Part shown: one piece after another, positions 40,453 to 53,100 of the stretch
Numbering within the stretch: position 1 is the stretch's first letter
Layout of the letters: every line of letters starts with the position of its first letter
Source: Octopus vulgaris
Lineage: Eukaryota
Assembly: GCA_951406725.2 (NCBI GenBank)
Contig: OX597832.1
Span: 46,562,001-46,626,000, forward strand
Reading direction: 5' to 3'
DNA length: 64,000 bases
The notes under the pieces: generated by a model
Told to the model about the DNA's origin: nothing
Seen by the model: only the letters and a program-made list of their open reading frames with translations
Database searches by the model: none
Made by a program: the position numbers and the translations under genes

Positions 40453-40660
40453 TGACCACGTGTGTATCGTTGACGATCTTTTCCCCTTCGTCTTCTCTTC
40501 CTTGGATCTTTCCCTTTTCTATGTTCCTGACGAAGAGCTCCGCTCGAAACGTTAAATTCTCCCCCTCTTTCCTTCTTTCCTGAGCGTCCAATAACACTAT
40601 ACTTGTTCCACGTCCTCGCGTTGTTGTGTTTTATCTTTGTGTTTTCATGTTTGGATTAAC
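40453..40660 (+). mobile_element. Family F1 element with minimal hammerhead motif
   Basis: CTGACGA-A-GAGC-TCC-GCTC-GAAAC-GTT at 40527-40553; homologous to 20920-21127. Confidence 0.7.
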
Positions 40661-41185
40661 TATATACATATAGTTGTCATGGAATATTAGTTTTCTATGG
40701 CTGTGATTCCTGTGTGCATGGAAGAATAGTTCCGATAGTAACCCTATCTTCTGCCACTGATAAAAGCATAATTGCAGATTATCACCGGACAAATACTTCT
40801 CCCTTTTATTCTTCGATTTTGGCCTTGAAGAGTATGTGCCGACGCACCTTCGCCTGCATGGGTGAATAAAAGAGAAATATTCACCTCCGCAAAACAGGGA
40901 AGACGTTGGCCCGACGGAGAAATGGACGCAGCAAGATAGAGTGGCTACAGCAACGAGTGTTGCTTACCATTCTTCGTTCAACACCCACCGCGGTCATTAC
41001 TGCAGGGTATGGCTGAGTACATCATTTGTCTGGTGTATGTGGCCCATTTTCACTTCCTTCCTCTTTTGCTACTTAACCATCAGGAACAAATACTGCAAAT
41101 TGTTTCGTTCGAATTGAATAAAGTGACGTCTATTTAACAGCCTAAAATAAGCGTACGTAATTTCTCAATTTCTATAATTGGCCAT

Positions 41186-41227
<42 letters not shown>

Positions 41228-41357
41228 TTATATATATACATACATTTATACATATATGTAGATAAGTAGTTATATATACATGCAATGCAAACATATATAT
41301 AGATAGATAGATATAGATACGTATGTATATATTTTATTTTTTTAATTATTTATATTC

Positions 41358-41783
41358 CCTTTTCAAGCCTAGCTAGGCTCATGGGCCCGGTTTCCCGGTT
41401 TTTGTGCTGTATGTGTTCCCCTAGCTGGACGGGACGCAGCGTTACTCAAGAAACAGGAAGAGAGAAAGTGAGAGAAAGTTGGGGGCGAAAAAGTACAACA
41501 GGGGTCGCCGCCACCCCCTGCCGGAGCCTCGTGGAGCTTTTAGGTGTTTTCGCTCAATAAACACACACAACACCCGGCCTGGGAATCGAAACCGTGATCC
41601 TCCGACCGCAAGTCTGCTGCCCTAAGAAATGGGCTATTGCACCTCCACGTATATACATATACACACACACACACACATATGTATATATATATATAAACAC
41701 AAACAACACCCAGTCTGGGAATCGAACCGTGAACCTCCGACCGCAAGTCCGCTGTCCTAACAGCTGGGCTATTGCGCCTCCAC
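41358..41783 (-). mobile_element. SINE B (tail X) with a second, duplicated head
   Basis: Full copy 41358-41648; extra head 41695-41783 separated by microsatellite. Confidence 0.85.
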
Positions 41784-41784
41784 G

Positions 41785-41827
<43 letters not shown>

Positions 41828-41832
41828 TTTTA

Positions 41833-41905
<73 letters not shown>

Positions 41906-42429
41906 ACAAAATGCACACACATATATATGTATATATACACAATAGAAAGTGGAATTGCATTTTTTATTATTTATTGTTTGGCGAATGATCGAACATAAGA
42001 AGGCAACAAGGCGTTAACTTATTTTCTATCTTCACGCTACAAGTGTGAAATATCATTGTTTCATTCGTTGTGGAGTAGATACGAGAAGAAAAAGAGGGCT
42101 TAGATTCTCATTTTTTGTTATGTTTTAATGCGAATAAAAAAAATTGCCTCAGGAAATATTAACAGAAGCTTTTAGAAATGGAAAAAAATATATCACATAA
42201 ACAAAAAAAACAAACAGAACAAAAAATACAAAAGGAACAATTTCAAATTTTCCGCTTGGTTATTTTACGGGCTTCTAATTCTTTAGCCGTTTTCATTTTG
42301 ATGATTGTTGTTTCTCAGAATTACTATTTGGGAAATGGTATTGGGAAGAGTTGGGCAAGGAAGGAGAGATAAAAACGTATATTTATTTTAGCGGTATGTG
42401 TATCTGCAGCCGTATATGAGCATATTGAG

Positions 42430-42532
42430 AGGCACACACACACACACACACAAACACAAACACAAATACATGTGCACAGATACATCCAACTGTATGTGTA
42501 AGTATTCATGTTTGTGTAGAAATGTTTTATAT

Positions 42533-42564
<32 letters not shown>

Positions 42565-42740
42565 AATACATAGGTATATGTGTAAAATATATATAAGTGT
42601 GTGTGTGTGTGTTTGTGTGTGCAGACGTACGTAGGTATATAATATTATATACATATATATATATATATATTTGCTTATATGCATTTGTAGATGTGTGCAT
42701 GTTTCTGTGTGTTTGTCTGTGTGTGTGTTTATTAGTGTGG

Positions 42741-42788
<48 letters not shown>

Positions 42789-42828
42789 ATTGCATGTATC
42801 TAGCAATGCAAATTTTTACACAATATCG

Positions 42829-42895
<67 letters not shown>

Positions 42896-42991
42896 CATAT
42901 ATATACATATATATATATACATATATATAAATATATATATATATACATATATATATATAAATATGAATATATATATATACATACACACACA

Positions 42992-43063
<72 letters not shown>

Positions 43064-43100
43064 TAACTACTTTGCGTTTTATATGCATATGTATGCGCGC
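42430..43100. repeat. Compound (TA)n/(CA)n microsatellite tract
   Basis: Read directly. Confidence 0.9.
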
Positions 43101-43748
43101 GCACGAATCTGAATGCGTCCCTTCGTAGTAGATACGTATTTCCATTATTCACGCAATCCTTATCTTTCTTTCCACTCATTTTCTCTGTCCAGATCTGAAA
43201 TCAAAGCCGTTTTAAAAGTTTGCCTTTACATTTCAATGATAATACAAGTCTCTTTTCGTGATATTTTTCCCTTCTTCAATTTATTTATTTCTGCATGCTT
43301 AATCCTCGTTGTTTACGCTTTGTGATACATGTTGTCTGTCATTCTATATAACATATATATTACAAAAAAAAATAAATTATAATAATAAAGGTATAGTTTG
43401 TGTTAAACTTTTCCCTTGTTTTTCTTAATTACTTTATAGTTTTATTTTCTACGTTGAATCTCTTCCATTTAGCATTTATAGAAAACATCAGTGGGCAATT
43501 TGCAGCACAACATGCCTGCATTTTGTATCATAACGATTTTATTTAGTATCGCGGTAAAACTAGGATGTTTTGGAAACTGAAATCGCTGAAATCAAAAGAG
43601 CACATGTCTCGTGAGTCGGATTCTATATAAAATTGAATCTTCTCCGTGGAAACACCGAAAAAGAATGAAAATTATGATAACATCTGTCTCAAGCTTAATA
43701 GCTATTACACGTCTTTGACTGATCTAAGTTCTTCAATCAGTCTTCTGA

Positions 43749-43960
43749 GGCGGCGATTTGGCAGAATAGTTAGCACGCCGGACAAAAAGCTTAGCAGCAT
43801 TTCGATCGGCCTCTCCGATCTGAGTTCAAATGCCGCCAGGGTCACCTTTGCCTATCATCGTTTCGGGGGTCCATGAAATAAGTACTATGTGAGCACTGGG
43901 ATGGATGGAATTGTTTTACCCTATTTCCCGAAATTGCAGGCTTAGTTTCAAAATTCGAAA
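43749..43960 (+). mobile_element. Old SINE A-related copy
   Basis: GGCGGCGATTTGGCAGAATAGTTAGCACGCCGG...GAGTTCAAATGCC...GCCTATCATCGTTTCGGGG. Confidence 0.65.
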
Positions 43961-44169
43961 TAAATAATTTGGATCTTTTCCCCAGCTGAAGTCTACATAG
44001 TAGTTGACCTAAATTTCCATTGAATCTAAGAATTCTTCAGAACAGGTAAATATTCCTTTGATTCACGATTAATTTATACGATGAGTTCGTTTCTTTATGG
44101 AACTATTTTGTGTAAGAGACCATTTACGGTAAGCATATTATTCCACCATTAATAATATTGAATTCCACT

Positions 44170-44707
44170 TTTGGCTCCAGGCTAGTAATTCTGGGTCTCA
44201 ATTCCTACTTATTTTATCGATCCCGTAAATTTGAAGGGCAAAGTCAATCTTGGCGGAATTAGAACGCGAAAAGATTGACGAATTGCTGCTAAGTATTCTT
44301 TACTTTAGCTGCAAGACCCGATATTTTGGGGAAGGGGACTAGTCGATTAGAACAACCCCAGTACGCAACTGGTACTTAATTTATCGACCTCGAAAGGATG
44401 AAAGGCAAAGTCGACCTCAGAACGAAAAGACAGACGAAATATCGCAAAGCATTGCGCCCGGCATGCTAATGTTTCTTATATTTTTAATACTCACAAGGGG
44501 CTAAACATACAGGGGACAAACCAGGACAGACAAACGGATTAAGTCGATTACATCGACCCCAGTGCGTAACTGGTACTTAATTTATCGACCCCGAAAGGAT
44601 GAAAGGCAAAGTCGACCTCTGCGGAATTTGAACTCAGAACGTAACCGCAGAAGAAATAACGCTAAGCATTTCGCCCGGTGCGCTAACGTTTCTGCCAGCT
44701 CCACGCC
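44170..44707 (-). mobile_element. Cluster of SINE A copies (young copy 44478-44707, older copies to the left)
   Basis: Consensus matches of differing divergence. Confidence 0.85.
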
Positions 44708-44936
44708 TTCCTCCATTTTTAAGATTAAACAATTTAAGCATGGAAGACACAACTCATTCGAAAATATAAAATAAATGTTAACTTCTCTTAAATATTTCGT
44801 ATACGGTATCAACTTTTTCATCGCACAACCTGCGGTCTCCTCACTGACACAGTTCTACTAAGTTGACGTATAAACAAGACAGGGACACAGATCAAAATCC
44901 TAAATATTTAAGTAAAATTCAGTCAGTAAAATTCAT

Positions 44937-45345
44937 AGGCGCAGGAGTGGCTGTGTGGTAAGTAGCTTGCTTACCAACCACATAGTTCCGGGTTCAGTCC
45001 CACTGCAGGCAAGTGTCTTCTACTATAGCCTCGGGCCGACCAAAGCCTTGTGAGTGGATTTGGTAGACGGAAACTGAAAGAAGCCCGTCGTATATATGTA
45101 TATATATATATATATGTTTGCGTGTATGTTTGTGTGTCTGTGTTTGTACCTCTAGCATTGCTTGACAACCGATGCTGGTGTGTTTATGTCCCCGTCACTT
45201 AGCGGTTCGGCAAAAGAGACCGACAAAATAAGTACTGGGCTTACAAAGAATAAGTCCCGGGGTCGAGTTGCTCCACTAAAGGCGGTGCTCCAGCATGGCC
45301 GCAGTCAACTGACTGAAATAAGTAAAAGAGAGTAAAGAGTAAAGA
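44937..45345 (+). mobile_element. SINE family C, reference copy
   Basis: A box TGGCTGTGTGG, B-box-like GGTTCAGTCC, internal (TA)n, tail GGCGGTGCTCCAGCATGGCCGCAGTC...(AGTAAAG)n. Confidence 0.92.
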
Positions 45346-46834
45346 ATCATTGTCGGTCATTGACAAACCTAATATGTATGTTCCATTGCTCTCAGATATA
45401 ATCACTTGCCTGTCAGATGCATTGCGGAAATTCAGTTTCAGTTCAATTTAGTATCTATGAATAAGCTAAGATAGCCTACATCGATAATAAATAATAATTC
45501 AAAAACGAAAAACCAGCGTCGCACTGGTAAATCTCTGTTATAGTGGACATGGCGAAACTGACTTTAACATCTTGAGTAAATGTGAAATTATATAAACCAA
45601 TATTATTAACTGTGCTATTGTATAATTTTTCCACAGGCCTTACGGTTTATTATTCATAATTTTTCTGTATGATTATCCAACCTACGGATAAAGATAAAAT
45701 ATTCCATTCTTGCATTACAAAAATAATCTCCCTATTTGTAAGGAGTGTGATTAAAGTAACATAAAGCTCTTTTCCTGAAGGAATAAATTCTCTGGTTTTC
45801 AAAAACAATATGGTTTGAAGATTAGAATAGAAAAGAAAATATTTTTCGATTTTGTTTCTTTAATCGTTTGCCGTCAGGTAGAATAAAAAATACGACAGTT
45901 GTATTGTCTTAGCCAAGGACAGTTTATTGAAATTTGCATCGCTGTGCAGTTTGAATCTTCGGAAAATTTTAAAAACTTTGCATTATTGTTTGCAAGTTGC
46001 TCGTTTCTTTTTTGCTTTTGCTAGGATTTAAAATGCTAACGCTCACACACACGCGCGCGCGCACACACACAAATACATACACACGCACAAATACGTTATT
46101 TTAATATTCAATGTGCTTCTGATGATATCCCAGACAATTTGATTTTGTTTCTAATTTAAAGAGTCAAACTATTCAATAAACGTACAATGTGCAGAGAGGA
46201 CGGCTGCTTTTACAGGGTTATCACTAAGAGTTAAAACGTTTGGTGCAACCCAGCAATTTTAGGGGATGGATAAGTCGATTATATCAACCCAAATTCTCAA
46301 TTACTACATATTTAACGACACCGAAAAGACAAAAGACAAAGTTGACTTCGTGAAGTGTGGATTAAGAAATGAAAATATAATGCAAGGTAACTGTTCCGCA
46401 TGTTGAACAATTCTGTCAAGACAGACCCCTTCGAAGATGTTTGTCTGTAGCAGAGACATTTCGCTTCCTTTCCGATGGAGATGATTAGCGAACGTTATTG
46501 GATCTAGAACTCAACTAATAATTTATTTTTTATCGATTCCTAAAAAAAAAATAAAATGCAAATTTTACATTGGTGAGATTTGAAACCCAGAACATAAGGA
46601 GTCGAGAGACACGCTCAGTTCTACTATAGAAACAAAGCCTGAACTTTTGGGTGAGGGTATTAGGCGATTGTATCGAGCCCAGTCATTCACTGGCACTTAT
46701 TTTACCATCCTTGAGAGGAGGAGAAGCAAACTTGACCTCGTCGGAATTTGAACCTTCGAACGTAATAACGGGTTCGAGTCGAAATACATAATGAAAAGCG
46801 TTACTTCGACGCTATTTCAATCCATTGCTAATCT

Positions 46835-47246
46835 TATTTTTTATTGCCCACCAGGGGCTAAACATAGAGGGGACAAAGAAGGACAGACAAACGGATTAAG
46901 TCGATTACATCGTCCCCACTGCGTAACTGGTAGTTAATATATCTTCCTCGAAAGGATGAAAGGCAAAGTCGACCTCGGCGAAATGTGAACTCAGAACGTA
47001 GCGGCAGACGAAATACCTATTTCTTTACTACCCACAAGGAGCTAAACACATTGAGGAAAACAAGGAAAGACAAACGGATTAAGTCGATTATATTGACCCC
47101 AGTGCGTAACTGGTACTTATTTAATCGACCCCGAAAGGATGAAAGGCAAAGTTGACCTCGGCGGAATTTGAACTCACAACGTAACGCACACGAAGTACGG
47201 CTAAGCATTTCTCCCGGCGTGAAAACGTTTCTGCCAACTCACCGCC
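46835..47246 (-). mobile_element. SINE family A dimer
   Basis: Junction GAAATAC|CTATTTC at 47016; 18-bp TSD AATCCATTGCTAATCTTA at 46819-46836 and 47249-47266. Confidence 0.93.
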
Positions 47247-47677
47247 TTAATCCATTGCTAATCTTAATAACCGATCATAGTTATAATTGGTGTACCTCAC
47301 CATATTTTACAATTTTTCGTAAGATATTTCGTCACGTTCACCATTGTACTTTAAACATCAAACGCTGATAAAATAAATTATCGTAAAGATCCATGCCGTG
47401 CGGCAAAACAAGAGTGTCTCTTATTTAAACATTTTCGATATTTTCCTTATATAGTAAATTCAGATGTTGCCGATATATTATGAACATCTGAGAATAAGTA
47501 TGATCACCTGAGGAACGAGATGGCTTGAACTGAAAATATTAAGGAAACACTTCATACGTAGAAAATTAACTCAGTGCACTTACATAAGAAAACTTCAGAT
47601 TTTTCTGCATTGTGTACACTTCGTTAAAGAAAAATGTATCTGAATATTTCTTATGAAATTAATAGAATGTGATGAAG

Positions 47678-48374
47678 CATTGGTGGGAAATAAATATTCG
47701 TAAATATGGAAATTCTTTATTTATTTAATATCTAATGAACATAAATTAATTCTGTACGAATACTTTTTTCACCCCTAAATATTTATATTTGTATATAAAG
47801 TCATTAGTTACTATAATTTATTAGTTTTTTTTGCATATTCTTAGTTTATGCATGTGTATGCAAATATAGTATTGGTATATCCCATTTATGTTCATTAGAA
47901 ATTAAGGGTCTTTTCGGTTTGAACGGCAGTTTTTTCTAGCGGTGTCATATGAAATTGTCACCCATAATTATGACCCTAGAATCGATCTATTGCATTTCAA
48001 TCTCTTTTATGGTTGGGTTACGGGTGGGGAAGGGTATCTTATTTTCTTCAGAATTGTAAATAAACCCATTCTGTTTCTTAAATGAGGAATATTTTCATAC
48101 GGTACAGAATGCTTTTAACCTCAATAGACGTCATTGATTGGTTGAAATTGCAGAAATTGAAGAAAAAAAAACAAAAATATCCTACAAACTATAGAATTTT
48201 CTCAATAAAGCCAAGAGAAAAAGATGTTTTATAAACACATTCTACCAGTATACGAAGTTTAAAATTTTTTAGTTACCTAGAAATGAGGTTAAAAACTGCC
48301 GTTCAAACCGAAAAGATCCGAAATTAAATAAGTAAAGAATTTTGACATGTACGAATATTTATTTCCCCCCACTG
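47678..48374. mobile_element. Tc1-like MITE whose right TIR is interrupted
   Basis: Left arm CATTGGTGGGAAATAAATATTCGT...AATGAACATAAAT pairs with 47884-47905 plus 48328-48374, ending TTTCCCCCCACTG|TA (Tc1-type CAGTGGGG terminus). Confidence 0.7.
47906..48319 (-). mobile_element. GG-ended TIR MITE, second full copy
   Basis: Same TIRs as 37035-37462; perfect 8-bp TSD GAAATTAA at 47898-47905 and 48320-48327. Confidence 0.92.
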
Positions 48375-48715
48375 TATCTATGTCATTTGCTATGTACGGA
48401 TGCAAAAAACATCATATAGACACGTTGCTTTAAATGTCTAAGACGATAACTTAGCTTTGTCTATCCACATAAGCTCTGAGTTCTATTCCTCTCTGTCGGA
48501 ATATTGTCTCGGCCCCTCGATATGTTTGAATACGAAATGACTTCTGTACTGAAGCACTACTGGTGGAAACTTTGAATGTTGTAACTCGTTTAAACTCGAC
48601 GCTCTGCATTTTCTACGAGATATACACTATGGCTTCATCAAATTCATGATTCACTTAAAATTATAGACGCTTCTTTATCTTTAAGAACAATATTGTAGGC
48701 GTCCTGGTGATGTAA

Positions 48716-49116
48716 TCTTTATATATAAAAGAGAGGTTGTGTGCTGTCTGTCTCCTACGATTTAGATTCCTAACTACTCCCACATTTTGCGGTGCAGTTT
48801 AACTAAAACCGGGTATCTTATAGTCGTGATTCATATCGAGCCCTTCTGGGTAGTAGCGCGCGTCTACGTTGAGTCTACGATTTAAAAAAAAAATGACCAT
48901 CATTCTTTTCCATTTTAATGCATTTTTTCGCTATTATATAAGGGAAGTAACTATCTAAAAATGTCTACGATGAGTCAACGATTTTTAAAAAAATTTACCA
49001 TCATTTTTTCTCCATTTATAATGCATTTTTTTGCTATTTTTTGGCTACAACTCTCTAAATATGCTTATATAGTTATTTCCCTTACAAACCCGAGCAACGC
49101 CGGGCGATACTGCTAG
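48716..49116 (+). mobile_element. Non-autonomous Helitron (family E1), full length
   Basis: A|TCTTTATATATAAAAG...CCCGAGCAACGCCGGG hairpin...CTAG|T; no TSD. Confidence 0.88.
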
Positions 49117-49749
49117 TCTTTTATATTTCTCGAAATATTGTTAAAAAAATGTTTACTGGAAAACAAAATTTTCCTATCGAGTTAAAACAACCTTTTGTTT
49201 GAATTAACCTAGTTAACCGTTTATTTTTGCATCCATAATTTTCCTACCTCTCATAAATTCTTTTACTCATATGCCTATTATTTTCTCTTTATACGCCATA
49301 GTTAATAATTGACAATATTTCTCACCATCAGCATCTTGTTTATTCTTTACACATCTGCCACTTTTTCACCCTTCAATCCTCTCTCTTTGTTCCTTTCTTT
49401 CTTCTTCACTAAATTTCTTTCCATCTACGGTTTGTATGACTTTTTTTTATCGTAGTTAATGGTGCATTTATATGTTCACTTCGTCGTAGAGTTCATATTA
49501 CAAAGCACATGCAAGTACATAACTCGTTTCACAAATATATACACTGTTATTTTAATTCGTAGCAATCCTCATAGTTTAACATGTACTGGGAAGAAATAAT
49601 GTAACAAACGTGTATGCTGATATATATTTGTATATGTTAGTATATATATATGAAGACTGTATTTCTTTCCCATTTATTTTTCCAATCTGTAGTAGTATAT
49701 TTTTTCGGAGATCAGTAAGTTTGTTTCTATGCGTTTGCTTTTAATGAAA

Positions 49750-49821
49750 TATATGTGTATTTGTGTATGCATATGGATATATACGTGCATAAATATGTGT
49801 GTGTGTTAGTGTGTAAATAAG

Positions 49822-49865
<44 letters not shown>

Positions 49866-50488
49866 AAAGTATATATATATATATATAAAAGTATACATAT
49901 ATATATATATAAAAGTATACATATATATATATATAAAAGTATACATATATATATATTTGAATATATACGTATATATATATATATGTATATATATGTATAT
50001 ATACATAGGTATATGTATATATACATATATATATATAAATATATATATATATACAGATATATATATATATATAAATATATATATATAAAAGTATACATAT
50101 ATATATATTTGTATATATACATATATACATATATATATGTATATATATGTATATATACATATGTATATGTATATATTCATATATATATATATGTATATAA
50201 ATATATATATATATATATTTATATGCGTGTTCATATTTCATATATAACTCTATGTATATATATAATATATATATATATAAAGCAAATAAGAAAATGGGTT
50301 AATTTCTGCTTTACACCCACTCATACCTATCATTCAATTGCGGTATTGCCCAGCAACGATAAGCACTTGGATATTAATATGTAGGTATACATCCAGTAGT
50401 ATATTGGATATTTATTAGCACTTCCATTGTTGTCTAACCCCTAACTCATATAGACACATACGTATACATATATATGCGTGTATATATA

Positions 50489-50538
<50 letters not shown>

Positions 50539-50540
50539 CA
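49750..50540. repeat. Long degenerate (TA)n tract with AAAAGTATAC subrepeats
   Basis: Read directly. Confidence 0.9.
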
Positions 50541-50974
50541 AGAATGCTTCAATTTAACGTATATATCTCCATATGCATAAGCACCGCACATGTGAATGCA
50601 TATACTTCTGTCCACTCACACATACACACAGTTATATATTGAATCTAAATTGCAGATCGATCAGCGAGAGTATCGCACTGGATTCATAACACTTAAATAT
50701 CTCTAAACTAAATTTGTATGACGAGAAGAGAGATATTTTAACCACATAAAAATTTCTACTTAAACCCTAAACGCTAAACTAATTCTTTTATTACTCTAGG
50801 TATATCAACTTATACAAGAATCTTCATAATATTTACAGAATCAGAAAACTGTGTTATAAATTCAATATCAAAATTCCAACGAAAGTATTTTACGGGTTAT
50901 TTTGTGATTTGAAGCATTTGAACAAACGTACCTTAATACAGCATAAGGGGTGTCAACATAGTGGCCATCCCCCT

Positions 50975-51050
<76 letters not shown>

Positions 51051-51059
51051 TATATATAA

Positions 51060-51400
51060 AGTAAATAAACGGAGTTGAACGCAGATGCTATTCAAATTCT
51101 TTTACTTTCGGCATATTTCCTGATGAGAAGACTGCATTTTACACCGTTTATTCCTTTGGAATAAAACCAATGTTGTCTTCGAAACATATGTCGAAAGTAT
51201 GTGAATTTGAATAGCATCTGCGTTCAACCCCAGTTATTTACTCATACTACACAAATTACTGCACATTAACCCGGAGTTTCTACCTTTGAATAGGTCGCTT
51301 CATCCGTCTTACTTGCGTGAATTTTGCTACCCTGGTAACTGTTTATTCAATTTTCCATGTTAACGGTAAACAAAGAATAATTCATTCATCCATTCATATA
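51060..51400 (+). mobile_element. Hammerhead-bearing element with inverted 5' arm, flanked by (TA)n (Penelope pLTR-like)
   Basis: 51060-51116 is the reverse complement of about 51186-51242; the 3' part resembles 35728-35912 (minus strand). Confidence 0.65.
51112..51201 (+). ncRNA. Type I hammerhead ribozyme, canonical core, GUC site (predicted cleavage after 51192)
   Basis: Stem I CATATTTC/GAAA(G)TATG; CTGATGA 51120-51126; stem II GAAGAC/GTCTTC, extended; GAAA 51181-51184; palindromic stem III ACATATGT; C17 at 51192. Confidence 0.8.
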
Positions 51401-51689
51401 TATATATATTCATACGTGCCCATATATTTACACATGCATTCAGACCTCTATATTTATATATTCTTATATACACAAGCATACGTACTCACACACACACACA
51501 TGAATACGTATCTACACTACTCAAGTCTTTACGTTCACATATACATTGATGTGAGAAGAATTAGTTAGATGATAAGGTACCTCCGTGAGTTGTTCTTTTC
51601 AACGATGAAATGATCGAAATTGTGGCTGTCATCCACTTCTATTTGGATATATGCATCTTTTATAAAAATCCCTTTATTGTGGAGTGGAA

Positions 51690-52520
51690 TATCATTTCTT
51701 TTGTGTCTGGTAGTGGTTTGTACTTTCTAATGAAGAATTCTTCTTTATATTTCCGGAAAATTTCGTTGAACATTTGTAAATACAGTTCGTTATCAAAGAG
51801 GAAATGGTTGTTCGGCAATATTGATTGGAGCCTTTCCAAAATAAACTCTTTCAGAAATCTCTCTGAAATGGAATCTGGGTGTTTTATAATCCAGAAGTTA
51901 ACAGCTTGTTAGAATATAGGCTTGTTACTCTTGTAATCCAGAAGTCAACAGCTTGTTAGAATAGCTTGTTACTCTTCTAACAAGCTGTTAGAATAACAGC
52001 TTGTTAGACCATAAGCTTTTTAGAATATAAGCTTGTTACCTCAAAGCTGACTAAGACTGTGTCTTGGTGTACATTCTGGAGGATATAGTTCAGGAATTCC
52101 ATATCATCTCTGATGTAGCTTGGCATATTTTTACATAGGGGTTTCAGAATGATGTCTAATACAGTGGCTTAGACCAGCAACACGTGGGCGTTATTTTAAT
52201 TCTGTCGGTTTTGGCATTTCGACATATATATTTTTGCATCTTATGTTGTTTTGGATTTCTTTGGATCTGTGAACTTTCGGTAATCTACAAAAATTGCTGG
52301 TTTTCATTTAAAAGTTAAGTAATTGATTTCCTTTAGTCTGAGGTTATTTTGGTACTTTATCGTCAATTTACCTATTTGAACCATCGATTTTCTTTCTTCG
52401 CTTTTGTTAATTTTCCTATAAAACCCCTCGTCATTCAACTCCTCTAGGACCATATCTTTGTAGTGATTTTTGCCCATGATGGCGATTGCTCTGCCCTTGT
52501 CAGCATCTTTTTATGATTAT
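51690..52520 (-). pseudogene. Penelope-like element RT relic, possibly with the GIY-YIG end
   Basis: Manual translation: KDADKGRAIAIMGKNHYKDMV; TSNFCRLPKVHRSK; LDIILKPLCKNMPSYIRDDMEFL; TVLVSFEVTSLYS; FILERLQSILPNNHFLFDNELYLQ; then FRKYKEEFFIRKYKP. Confidence 0.85.
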
Positions 52521-52529
52521 TGAGAAAAA

Positions 52530-53100
52530 TACAAGAAAGAATTCATAGTACCTGACAACTATAAAGAAAAAGAAGAAACAACAAAAGCTGTAAAACAACG
52601 GAAATCCAAACTAAAACTGAAACAACAAAATACCATGATAAAACAATAGCAAAAACCCCTTACATGGCAAATAATGGGATAATCTAAATATAAAAGAAAT
52701 AGACAAAGTAGAAATTCCAAGAATATTTGAGAAGCTCAGAAGTTGAAGCAGAGACTGAAAGATTTTTAATTGCAGCACAATATTAAAACCTCCTTACCAG
52801 AAACCAACAAAAAACACATAAGGGCGAAAAAATACAAGTAACTGCAGGGTATGTGGGGATAGCGAAGAAATAATACATGATATTTTCTCTGGCTGCTCAG
52901 TCCTGGCTAAAAAGGAATATATCCACAGACATAAGAGTGTTGGGATCTATATATACTGGAAGCTACGCCATTACTAAGGAATAACAGTCAAAAGGATGGT
53001 GTGGGCATACCCCAGAAAAGGTCTCAGAAAATAGCAAAGCAACCATACTCTGGGACGTGACAACACATACAAATAGAGAATTCAAGGCTAATAGAAGATA
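52530..53100 (+). pseudogene. R4/Dong-type RLE LINE C-terminal relic
   Basis: ETERFLIAAQ...TRN; CRVCGDSEEIIHDIFSGCSVLAKKEYIHRHKSVGIYIYWK; HTPEKVSENSKATILWD...KANR. Confidence 0.8.
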
